Positions 12,201-24,300 of a stretch of 64,000 nucleotides of DNA are shown in pieces. Every line of letters starts with the position of its first letter. The first letter of the stretch is position 1. The position numbers and the translations under genes were made by a program. The notes below the pieces were generated by a model. That model was not told where the DNA came from, made no database searches, and saw nothing but the letters and a program-made list of their open reading frames with translations. The DNA comes from Pecten maximus. Lineage: Eukaryota. Location of the stretch: positions 14,508,001 to 14,572,000 of the forward strand of contig NC_047030.1 in NCBI RefSeq assembly GCF_902652985.1, given 5' to 3'.

Positions 12201-15200
12201 GGTCAACTTGTAGACCATTTTGTTTTCCTGATAAAAACTAGAACTGTCGCCAGAATGGCTGACTTATACCCCCGCAATCTGCACGAGTCAATGCTATTAA
12301 TACGAGGCTAACTAAGATAACCCAGTAATATAGTGACCAGTTGTCATAGCAACCATAATTTTGAGAAAAAAAAAGTGACATGCACATCTACACATGGTCC
12401 TCCATATTTGTGTGAAGTTTCATTGAAATCGGCCCTTCGGTTAAGGAGGTTTTGTCCGGACAAACTGAAAGTTATGGTTCTCATCAGAAAACCTGTTTAT
12501 AGTGACCAGTTGCCATAGCAACCATAATTTTGAGAAAAAGAAAGTGGCATGCACATCTACACATGGTCCTCCATATTTGTGTGAAGTTTCATTGAAATCG
12601 GCCCTTCGGTTAAGGAGGAGTTGTCCGGACAAACTGAAAGTTATGGTTCTTATCAGAAAACCTGTTTATAGTGACCAGTTGCCATAGCAACCATAATTTT
12701 GAGAAAAAGAAAGTGGCATGCACATCTACACATGGTCCTCCATATTTGTGTGTAGTTTCATTGAAATCGGCCCTTCGGTTAAGGAGGAGTTGTCCGGACA
12801 AACTGAAAGTTATGGTTCTTATCAGAAAACCTGTTTATAGTGACCAGTTGCCATAGCAAACATAATTTTGAGAAAAAGAAAGTGGCATGCACATCTACAC
12901 ATGATCATTAATATGTGTGTGAAGTTTCATTGGAATTGGCCAATTGGTTTAGGAGGAGTTGTCCTGACAAAATGTGTCTACAGACAGATGGACGGACGGA
13001 CGGACGGACAACCTGATTCCAGTATAATAAAACAGACACAACTAGGGATAGATGAGACTTACATGTTAAATTATATTAAGCATACAAATCAAACACTATT
13101 TACACTGATATAGAAAATTAGACATTTAGTATTTGGCTAACAACAGAGAGTGGCCAAAGTAATGATACTTAACACAAAAAATATAGATGTACAGCTAATA
13201 TATTATCTAGTTACAATATACTCAGTAATTCTTATATGTATCTGTACTACTGTAATTTTAGAATTAGAATCTGATTTCCATACTCCAGTCCAGCATGCAT
13301 GGGATTTAGTTACATATATCTTTATACTTCTTCATTAGGATGTTTTTAATATCCTTTTTCTTTTAATTTTAACACATTTTACCTTTGCATATATCTGTTC
13401 TCGGACTCCTACATCACAGGACATGCAAGAACATTCGATTCCGAGGCTTCGCACATCAGCAGCTGTTGACTCCAGATGTGCCAGATTTCGACCCCACAAC
13501 ACAATCTGATTAACAAAAAATCCTTTCTTTAAAATGTTATTTATATTTCTTAAAGATTTGGTGTAAATACTATGAACTACTAACAAGATTGTAGGTGTGA
13601 TCATGCAGTTTATTTACATGTATATCTATAAAAGAAAATAATTATAAATGATGCACAGTTTTCTCATGCATAAAATAAGAACTCAAATGTTTCTATGTTC
13701 CCATCCCTCATATGCATATTTTAACTTATAAATGTACACGTAAACATCTGATTTCCACATTTTTTTTGTTTGGCAATGTATACTATGTTAAACAATTGTG
13801 GCAGAATGGCATCTCATTTTTAGTTCTCTGGGGCTATTTATAGCCCCGAGAACTATAGCCATCAGTCGAAAAATGTGCTGCTTTGCACCTTGTAAACAGA
13901 TTTTTAGTCTAACTGTGCATTCATGGCTGTATGTTGTGATGCCAGATAATAGGTATTGTGAAGTTGTTGAGTTGATAACAATAAGAATATTCGATATCAA
14001 CTGGAATTCTTTAATTTAAGAAAATTTAATTTTTAATGTCTATATTTAGTAACAACAGTGAAGCACATGTATACCAGTGTATGTACATGTATAAGCTATA
14101 CCTCCTACTAGGCACCGTCTCAACACAATTAGAAGCGTAGGCAGTGCACCACCTCAAATAGGGATCGTTTTTACTGTTGTTCCTCTCTATCTGATTCTTT
14201 TCTATAAAACTAGTAAATATGAACGTATTTTGAATAATTTTAATTCCCTCAAATGTAAATATGCAGATATTCAAAATGTCCATTATAACCATAGTTTATA
14301 ACGTACAAACATTGACAACATTAACATCATTCGGACGACGACAACTATAGAAATAAAAATAATCATAAATGGAATGAGGTTATAGGACTCTTGTTTGTCA
14401 TCGGAAAGTTAAACGTAAAAATATAGCGGGCACATAATTCACAAGATAAGTACTGCGATACATCATAATAACCTTGTTAGCAATTGTTCAAAATAGATCA
14501 TTCATCAGTAATCATGATCAATTATTGATTTTCTTCAGTTATCGATTTTTGATTGATGATAAAATTTAAGCAGTTATTCGGTTACAGATTGATTGATAGT
14601 CAGTTGATTGTTGATTTACGGTTGCCGACTGAGCAGAAAGTTTGAAATTTTAGCTGAGAAAGTCGTAAGAGCTGCTCTGTAAAAGATCGTTTGCAGTTGG
14701 TTCTGACAAAAAAATTACAATTACCAAATGCAAGAAAATTGACATCAATAATAATAATACCGGTACCATGCCGGGCCCAGAGAACTACGTGGCCCTTGGT
14801 CTCTTGTTAAACCAAGATCATGATCAGTTTAGTTGGTATGTCATATACATATATGTAGGTAGAACATTTACAATGTAACTACACACCCATATACACACAC
14901 ACATTAATTTTCACATTTTCTCCATGCATGCTTATGTCCATGACATTATACTGTAAGAGTGATTTATAACCAAATTAGTGCTTTAGCTGTATAGATTACA
15001 AGCATATATATATGGTACATGTAGACATTTACAATAGACATAAATAATCTCTATGTGGTAGGATCTAGTTATATGTTTACTGTTATACTTTTTAAGTGGT
15101 ATTGGTATGAGCAGGGACAGTGTATGGAAAATGCCTGACTGGTGTTTTCCCAGCACTGTAGCTATAGGCTACAGGGCTACACTGAGCCCCGTTCGATTTG

Positions 15201-17975
15201 CACTCTTCTCATTCTAGAATATATCTTCCGGTCACTCGATTTGTAGCTCTTCTGCTTCTGGAAGATCTTCTACCTCTTCCGTCTCGAAGCTAGAAGATTT
15301 ATCTTCCAAGATGGCGGCAACCATGTTTTAAGTGTGCGAGTGATGAGTTTCACTAGAGAAGGATTTATGACACATACATCCATATGTTTGTGTCATAGTG
15401 TTTGAGAAAACTTAAAAACTTGTTTGTTTTGGGTTATATTCTACCGGTTTACTCGTATTACATATAACGGAATACGATCTTCTTAGAAGGCTTCTCTTCT
15501 TAGAAGAGTGCAAATCGAACGGGGCTCTGGTGAGCTGGCTCCAAGGACACAGCTAGGATTGATTGGCATAGGCTAGGTAAGCCAGAGTTTCCTCTGACCT
15601 ACTCCCAACAATTCCAGAGGCAAGAAACTTTTGACAGGGCAATGTAACAAAGTCGGCACAATAATGTCAGAAAAAGAAACCAGGTCTTTTTTCACTGGTT
15701 TGGGATGGGGCCTTTTGTGTCATTTTGGGAAGAAAATTGGTGAATTAGGAAAGTCAGGGGTAAAATGCAAACTTTGGGAATTTAATGGCTTAAATATAAA
15801 ATCATTTTACTTCAGAATGGGTCCTGTTAACAGCCCCAAATTAAAAAAGCACTTTAAAAATCCATGTAAACAGCTGACCAGTGGCCTCCTATGTTATAGG
15901 AGTATAACTGGCCCTGGCACCAGACTGGCAAATAGATGTCTGGTGTAGGCTACACCTGACATTTAAATGTATCTGCCAGAATGTCCAATACTAGTTTCGA
16001 CAGGGCTAGTACTCCTATAGCTATAGGTAGCACACTACAGTAGGACAGCCTGGCCATGGGCGATTTTTGTGTTAAGCAAATAACTTTTGTATTATGATAT
16101 GCATAAAAAATGAAAAAATAAATGTACACTATAATTGGTATATTCATTTATTATGAAGTAGTACATACAGGCTTCACATTTGTTAAAACTAATTAAACAA
16201 GGATGGATAGTATTGCAGCAGCAATACAAAGTCCCCTGCCTTACCCAGGAGTGCAACTATTTATTTCCCATTTTTTAAACTACATGTTATACTGATCAAG
16301 TATACCAAGTTTCGTTAAAATCAGAGTAGTACTTTAGGATTGTCCGGACACACCTCAAGCAATGAGAAGCCGGCGGCCATTTTGAAAAATGTTTTATTTC
16401 GAAAAGAAAAATTGGGATGCACAACTACATGTTATACTGATCATGTATACCAAGTTTCATTAAAATCAGAGTAGTACTTTAGGAGGAGTTGTCCGGACAA
16501 GCCTCAACCAATGAGAAGCCGCCAGCCATTTTGAAAAATGAATTTTTGAAGAAAAAAAATGTGGGATGCACAACTACATGTTATACTGATCATGTATACC
16601 AAGTTTCATTAAAATCGGAGTAGTACTTTAGGAGGAGTTGTCCGGACAAGTCTCAACCAATGAGAAGTCGGCAGCCATTTTGAAAATTGGTTTTTGGAAA
16701 AAAAAAATGTGGGATGCACAACTACATGTTATACTGATCATGTATACCAAGTTTCATTAAAATCGGAGTAGTACTTTAGGAGGAGTTGTCCGGACAACTA
16801 TTGCGTGACAGACAGACAGACAGACGGACAGACAGACAGACGGACGGACAGACGGACGGAGGGTAAACCTATAGTCCCCCCGTTTTTCAAACGGCAGGGG
16901 ACTAATAAATTGGGCATTTTTACTGTACACTGCTACCTATAGTACAAGAGGTGGCTGTCATTCAGCATTTATTATCTGATATTGTGCCAATTATGTTACA
17001 AGGCATCGCACCAACATAAGTTTCTCGTTGTGTACTCCGATCCTCCGACATTGTTGAAGTGGAGTGTCGGAGCCAGAGAAAACTCAGGCTATATATAACT
17101 ATGTGAAACAAGATTCGATGCCCATCATGTATCATGATCATGTATATACATGTATATATATATTTATCCCTGATAAAATGCTAGCAGCAATATACCTCTA
17201 GCAAGAGAGAACTTCTCTTAAGTTTGAGCGGCTGAGCATAAGACTAGTAAGCCAGCTGTCCCTCAATCTCTTCAGCAGAAATCATAAGCTCTGTTACATT
17301 GACGCCCATGTAGGGACTAGGGAATTATACTTAAGAGTTTCTTGTGAAAGCATCACTGTAAACCCTGGAAACTTCAAGGACAAGTTTTTCCCTAGAGGGA
17401 GATCAGAGGGATTAATATTTTAATTTAATTGTAACCCTGGTAAAATACTAGATGCAATATATATACCTCTTATCTGAATTAGAGAGAACTTCTCTTAAGC
17501 TTGATCAGTTGAGCGAAAGACCAGTAATAAGCCAGAGGTCTAGGGTGTGATCCCTAGTGGAGGTAGTAATTTAAATCTAATTAATAATATAATCATACTC
17601 CTTGTTACAAGTAATAATAAAGTAAAGGATAAGAAATAATTGTATTTGACACTTCACTTCTCTACAATTTTTTTTAATAATATGCGTGTTTAACTATTAG
17701 GTGATGAGGACACACACGAGATAATAGGTCAGTTTAACTGTCACACTCACGTGTTCTGGTTTGTATTTGGTTAGTTCCAATGCCAACTGTCGCCCAATTC
17801 CTCGACTTCCGCCAGTTATCAACACGACGTCATTTGAAATATCCTTCAGTTTTGCAGGATATAAACTAATAACCAGAGATTTACAACACAAAAATGGAAT
17901 TTTTAAGACGAGAAAAGCAAGTTGCAAGAAATATCTATATGTATCTAACCGTTTGTTTACATCCTGTTCCGTCAT
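6098..17975 (-). CDS. Short-chain dehydrogenase/reductase, SDR16C family (retinol dehydrogenase / 17-beta-HSD11-like), 6 coding exons, 321 aa
   Basis: Exons (minus strand): 17751-17975, 13383-13505, 11781-11921, 9136-9374, 8259-8384, 6098-6209. All introns are GT-AG with consistent phases; 966 nt total. Motifs: N-terminal hydrophobic anchor, TGGSRGIG (Rossmann), CDV, LVNNAG, catalytic Ser and YCSSK. Confidence 0.92.
6620..8245. repeat. Minisatellite, 40-bp unit (ctctgtggtacattattgacccacaagatacaaggctgac), SDR intron 5
   Basis: About 40 tandem copies. Confidence 0.96.
8259..8384 (-). CDS. SDR exon 5 (FPRLIPSL...IILAQ)
   Basis: AG/GT flanks, phase 2-2. Confidence 0.87.
8760..8990 (+). mobile_element. 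HINE/Helentron-like non-autonomous element, 3' fragment
   Basis: tgaccttgacc motif, ggac-type microsatellite remnant, degenerate terminal hairpin. Confidence 0.4.
9136..9374 (-). CDS. SDR exon 4 (TLKAFLP...YCSSK...MKL)
   Basis: AG/GT flanks; catalytic YxxxK. Confidence 0.93.
9699..9918 (-). mobile_element. tRNA-derived SINE (V-domain-like)
   Basis: Same family as 59167-59393; TSD ccatggacaggg/ccatggataggg; (ttgt)n tail. Confidence 0.85.
10262..11728. repeat. Minisatellite, 39-bp unit (gtctattccagggagccagacagacaggaaaaacatgga), SDR intron 3
   Basis: About 37 tandem copies; the unit length is a multiple of 3, which produces spurious ORFs. Confidence 0.96.
11781..11921 (-). CDS. SDR exon 3 (AQEIKD...LVNNAG...NSLAHIW)
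   Basis: AG/GT flanks; NNAG motif. Confidence 0.92.
12237..13025 (+). mobile_element. HINE/Helentron-like element with internal 169-bp tandem monomers
   Basis: agtgaccagttg recurs at 12332, 12501, 12670 and 12839; (gacg)n microsatellite near the 3' end. Confidence 0.7.
13383..13505 (-). CDS. SDR exon 2 (IVLWGRN...CDVGVREQIYAK)
   Basis: AG/GT flanks, phase 0-0. Confidence 0.9.
15185..15526. mobile_element. MITE, PIF/Harbinger-like
   Basis: 25-bp perfect TIR agccccgttcgatttgcactcttct; 3-bp TSD CTG. Confidence 0.85.
16195..16906 (+). mobile_element. HINE/Helentron-like element with ~148-bp tandem monomers
   Basis: Subterminal agtcccctgcc / ggcaggggact inverted repeat, about 3.5 monomers, (gaca/gacg)n, 3' hairpin tagtcccc...ggggacta. 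Confidence 0.78.
17751..17975 (-). CDS. SDR exon 1 (MTEQ...TGGSRGIG...KPEH)
   Basis: ATG at 17975; donor GTGAGT at 17750. Confidence 0.88.
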
Positions 17976-18284
17976 GGTGAACTTTGAACTTTCGCGCTAA
18001 CTTCACATTTATGACAAAAAATGCACTAAATTTGCAACTCACATGACCCGTGCCTTAGTAGTCTTTCGTAATTATTCCTGAATATTCTATGATACGTATA
18101 ATATCGAATAGTCAATACTACGGTGCATTTTGATGTTGAAGTGGTACCGGTGTGGACGGAACGAAGCAAACTCGCCTTCCCAGAAGAGAACTCTCTTTAG
18201 TGTGAGTTAATAAAGTGACATGGTTTTCGGAACATCTTTTGACTCTTCAAAGAAATTTACGTAAAAAGTTCTATTGTCATTCGT
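17976..18284. promoter_or_regulatory. Probable bidirectional promoter and 5' UTRs shared by the SDR and SCLY genes
   Basis: The two start codons diverge with only 309 bp between them. Confidence 0.6.
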
Positions 18285-18331
18285 ATGTCAGCCGCTGAAG
18301 CGAAGGAAACCTTCCACATGGACCAGAACAA
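18285..18331 (+). CDS. SCLY: SCLY exon 1 ([15 protein letters not shown])
   Basis: ATG plus a phase-2 donor compatible with exon 2. The donor (AA|GTATTA) is weak and the peptide is poorly conserved. Confidence 0.65.
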
Positions 18332-21300
18332 GTATTAATTTGCTATCTTTCTCCCGCATCGCTTTGCTGAAAATGGTTTTAACAAATTAAGTTATCATGC
18401 TTAAACATATATGTTTATAAATGTATTTATTCCGTTGTAAAATGCTCTGTATATAGTTTATCAGATTGAATGGTTATTGCTGCTTTCAGCTTTTTTGTCA
18501 TCCATCTCATGGTTTGGTATAATACAAAGGTTGAGTGAAAATGTGTGTCTGTAACATATTTGCATTCAGATAAATGCAGCAGAGTGTCAATAACAGCTGG
18601 GAGATGATCATAGCCCAGTACAATCATACCAGGTGAAATCTCGTTTCTCTCGCGTATTGTTCCATCAACTCCACCATAAATATTTTCTGTTGCAGTTATT
18701 CCCCTTTAGGTACCCTCATTAAAATTTCCCTCAAGCCAATTGTCACGACTGTGCATGACTTCTAATTCTGGTGAAGGAGAATCAATGTTGTACCAGTGAC
18801 GTTAAGTTCACTAAAACTGAATATAAACGCAGGCTCCAAAATTCTGATATATCAGCAATTATGATAAGTTTTAGCAGACTACCTGGAAACTGACACTCGA
18901 TCATCTCAAGTGCAGCTATCAATAACAAATTTCTTCATGTATTTGATATGAAACAGGAAATGCCTGAAATAAGCACAGCATCAAAATATTTTCATTTCTA
19001 AGAAACATTATTTAAGATATTATTTATAAATCTGTTTTACAGTTATGGAGCAATCTTGATAAAAAAATAAAGCTTAATCATATATATATGTAGTATTTAT
19101 AATATATCTACTATAATATATCTACTTTATATAATTAACTATAACTCATTTTATAACATGTCTCTGGAAACCAGCTTCGCCAACATCTGTCATCAGTCTA
19201 CATTCTCACATCATATTTAATTAAAGATTTTACAATATCAGAACTTTTAGCTAATGGTAATCTGTATAAAATCTTAAGTCCTTCTTAATTTACTTATCAG
19301 GATTTATCTGGACTACAATGCAACAACTCCCTTGGAACCAGATGTCCTTGGGGCCATTTCTACAGCACTGTCTGAGGCATGGGGTAATCCAAGTAGCTCC
19401 CATGATGCAGGTAATACATACTTTGAGGTAGCATGCATATATGCATGATAGTTTGATTGTGGGTTTCTTATACAGTGATATGTTAAATTAAAAACTTTGG
19501 TGCAAACCTAACATTGCCAATATCGATATTTATCAGTAAAATTGGAGAACAATGAGTTTTGTTTTACCCTGATTTTCGGTCTCGATCCCAATGCAAAATT
19601 TTTATCCAAATACCCAAATGGAAATGTTTAAAACAAAAATATAAAAGTTTAAATTGTAATGTAATAAATTGTTCTGTTTACTTTTGTGAAATGCAACAAA
19701 ACTCTGTCAATTGAAAAACTATCCCTTGTATTATCATGTACGTAAATGTTTCCCAATCTTTCCTAAAAAAAAAACACTGGATAAATCTTAAACAAGTCAT
19801 TTGATCAGGTAAACAAAATCACTAACATGCAAACATCTTGGATTTTGACAGTTTAAATTTCTTGAGAAATACCAGAAGGATATTTCTCAAACATCATATG
19901 AAGGTCCCGCTGGTTATCAAATGATTAAGAGGAAGAGCAGAAAGAAGGGGAAAAGTGTAGACCCATGCACCTCTTTTTGAGAAAAGATCGATCAGACTCA
20001 GGGTCTCCAACTTACTACTGTGACACTCTATAAGTTGAACTGAAGAGAAATTCTTCTGGCCTGAGTCTGTATAAACCAGCTAATATCTTACTAGGGTGAC
20101 ATCTTTATATAGTGTTTATCAGTATTATTGAAATATGATCTTAGTTTAATATGAAAATCTGTTAATTTAAGGTGTAAAGGCCAAAGCAGTAATTGATGGT
20201 GCCAGGACCAATATAGCCACAATGGTGGGAGCCAAGTCCTCAGGTAAAATGTTTTAAAAGCTTCTCCAGTTTTGACAGCCCATGGTTGGTTTGGGTTTAT
20301 TTTGTTTAAAATACTATTAATAGCCAGAGTCATTTAAGGACGTGCCAGGTTTGGAGGTGGAGGAAAGCCGGAGTACCCGGAGAAAAACCACCGGCCTCCG
20401 GTCAGTACCTGGCAACTGCCCCACGTAGGTTTCGAACTCGCAGCCCAGAGGTGGAGGGCCAGTGATAAAGTGTTGGGACACCTTAACCACTCGGCCACCG
20501 CGGCCCATAGTCCTGATATTTTGATTTTCTGGTGGTAAAAAATTACCTCATAAAATACCTTGACCTATATCTTCAGAAAGATTCATCAGTTTGGAAATAT
20601 GTGATATCAAAATGAATGTTGCTTTTTACAAAAAGACTTGAAACGTTGCGACATGCTGAACATGTACATTGTTTGTGTAAAAAGTAATTTTCATTTTGAT
20701 AACTTAACCTATGTTCAAGGTCACAGGAGTTAAATATGTTAATAAATACCAAAACACTATCTGAGGAAACAAAGATCTACAGTAAAGACTCCTTAGTAAG
20801 TTAGTTGGACTAACATTGTGAATCTTGTTTTGAACACATTGTGTCCAGATCATTGTCAACTAAAGTTGGAACATTCAGACCAAGCCAGGTCAACTAATGA
20901 GGTAAAAATTGAAGTGAATATCTCCAAAAATGCAATAGACTCTCTTTATGTCATGATAATGTATTTTATTTACTGAAGTAAACCTTTAAGATTTCATATT
21001 TTGTTTCAGACATTCTTTTCACATCAGGAGGAACAGAGGTGAGTGGTCATAGATGTATGTGAAGATTTTAAATGATGTCATGAAGTTCAGCTAAAAAGCT
21101 CTGATATATATTTTCTTATGTACGTGTATATATACATTTATAATAATCTTTGTGTATATATGTTCATGTTCTTATATATATATGTATGATACTGAATCTT
21201 TGTGTTATCACAGGCAAACAACATGATCCTACAGACAGCTCTCAAACATTTCCACCTCTGTCATGAAATCACTAACGGGACTGATTCCAGTAGGGGAGAT

Positions 21301-24300
21301 AACTCTGACCAGCTGCCACACTTCATCACCTCTAATATGGAACATGACTCTGTAAAACTTGTACTGGAGAACCTGGCTGAGGAGGGAATTGCTAGTATGT
21401 ATATAAGGAGGAGAACAAGTTAGCCTGTAGTGCTCTGGTCCTAACTCCTGATCATTAATATATACATACAGAACCTAAGATGAGTTTTCATTTGATACAA
21501 GGTTTTGTGAAATATGTAAAACAAGCCTTAACAAGACAAAACTTAAAGTTTCATCATCTCTCATATGAAATAAATATACATAAAGGACACTTTTATCACA
21601 TAACTCAGAAAACTTAACACATTTTGACAGGTTTTAAAGTCAACATATAGAGGACAAAATTAAACAGAGACAGCCATTTTGTGACACCATTTTTCAATTC
21701 CATGACATAACATCAATGTAATATTATGACATCACAATCAATTTCTGACTGGCACAGCAAAAAAAAAAAATGTCCAGGGAAAATTACACTAGTGATATAT
21801 GCCAAAATATTACTTGGATAAATTCACTTAATAACAGGCTGATTATGTGATGAGATATAATACCGTATATCGGGTTTTTTTGGCGTATGCCAAATTTCGC
21901 GTTTTCTGTACAAAACGACACGTTTTATTTTTAGCGTATTTCATTTTTAGCGTTTTCACAACGTATAATTCAAATTTTAGCGTACATATGAAACATATTT
22001 TCATATACAACAAAAACGAAGAAGTACAGTAATAATAATTTATTTACATGTTTGTTTGCTTCAGCAAACTCAGGTCTGTCCCTGACCGGATTTTCTTTGT
22101 TCTTCCGTGTAACGGTTACAAATCGTAGCATGGCCATGTTTCACTTGGCAATGCCACTCTCGTTATGATTTCAAAACGATCTACATTGTATACAAAGGAC
22201 AAAACATAAGATCAACTGTGAGTAAATTTTTATTGAATAAAACAGTTCAGTCGAGTCACGGCCAATTAAGCACACCTGTATACGGTATGTGTAAACAGGT
22301 GACCGGACAATGACAACACTCCTTCAAGGGAGCTAACGCTTACTGTAAAATGTGACCAATTTTAGCGATAACTTATTTTTCGCGACCGAGTCTGGTCGCG
22401 AAAATAGCGAAAATTAGACACTCGCTAAAAAAAACCGATATACGGTAATTGAAGGTTTACCATCAATGCTAATCAAATCTACATACTTTTTTGTACTTAA
22501 CATGCATTTGACCTTTAAAATGAAATTATTGTTGGACAGGTGTGACATTTGTACCTGCCTCCCAGAAAACTGGTTGTGTTATGAAAGAGGATGTGATAGC
22601 TGCAGTCCGTCCATCTACTTGTATGATCACCATTATGTTAGCTAACAATGAGACAGGTGTGATACAGGTATGTTGGGTAACAATGAGACAGGTGGGTATG
22701 TTGGCTAACAATAAGACAAAGGTTATACAGGTATGTTAGCTAACAATAAGACAGGAGTTATACAGGTATGAAAGCTAAAACAATACAGGTGTAATACAGG
22801 TATGTTGGCTAACAATATAGGTGTGATACAGGTATGTTGGCTAACAATACAGGTCTAATACAGATACCTTGGCGATTAATACAGGTATGTTCATCAACTT
22901 GTTTCTAAATTCCATTTGAATGTTGTGTGTTGTTCCTCCTTGTGTTTCTTTAGTTTTTGATATGATCAGAACAAAAGTAGAATCACATTTGTCCAATACA
23001 GCATGTCAATGAAACAACAAATTATGTAATTTGTTGAGCACCAACATGATTGACAAGGTCCCTCTCACCTCGATACTCCAAGAATTATGATCACATATGC
23101 TCTCTTCACATCGAATGTAATACTAAACCTCTTGAGTTTCGAGGATGGCTCCCTCGGGATCTTTCTAAACTTTACTGGCAAACTCTAATAAGAAAATTAC
23201 TAGGATTTGATAGAAAACCTGACATTATATTTAATACATGAACTGAATATTTTGTATATTTTCAGCCAATAAAGGAGATATTTGAGAGTATCCGCCACAT
23301 CAATTTGAGTCGTAAGAACATGCCTCGCATCCTGCTGCACACAGATGCAGCCCAAGCTATTGGTAAGATAGAGGTTGACGTTGTGGAGCTGGATGTGGAT
23401 TATCTCACCATTGTGGGCCACAAGGTACTCTATTATCTAACTCACGTCCTCCATGCTATATATACTTATATATGTATACCAGTGTTATTTTTGACAATCG
23501 TTAATGACATTATTCGTTAGAATACAAAGATTCCCCTTGTTTCAGTTCTATGGCCCACGGATTGGAGCTGTGTATGTGAGAAATCTTGGCAGTAAAGAGG
23601 TACCTCTGTATCCTATGTTGTATGGAGGGGGACAGGAGCGGAACTTTAGGCCAGGGTATGTAAAGTAGGGTAAATAGTAAATTGATTAACATCTTCCTTA
23701 TAATTTTGTAACTGACACCCTCTGTATTGAATGGTAGCTAGACTGACACCCTCTATGTATGTAATGGTAGCTAGACTGACAACCTCTGTGTATGTAATGG
23801 TAGCTAGACTGACACCCTCTGTGTATGTAATGGTAACTAGACTGACACCCTCTATGTATGTAATGGTAACTAGACTGACACTCTCTGTATGTAATGGTAA
23901 CTAGACTGACACCCTCTATGTATGTAATGGTAACTAGACTGACACCCTCTATGTATGTAATTGTAACTAGACTGACATCCTCTATATATGTAATGGTAAC
24001 TAGACTGACACTCTCTATGTATGTAATGGTAACTAGACTGACACCCTCTGTATGTAATGGTAACTAGACTGACACCCTCTATGTATGTAATGGTAACTAG
24101 ACTGACACCATCTATGTATGTAATGGTAACTAGACTGACACCCTCTATATATGTAATGGTAACTAGACTGACACCCTCTGTATGTAATGGTAACTAGACT
24201 GACACTCTCTGTATGTAATGGTAACTAGACTGACACCCTCTATGTATGTAATGGTAACTAGACTGACACCCTCTATGTATGTAATGGTAACTAGACTGAC

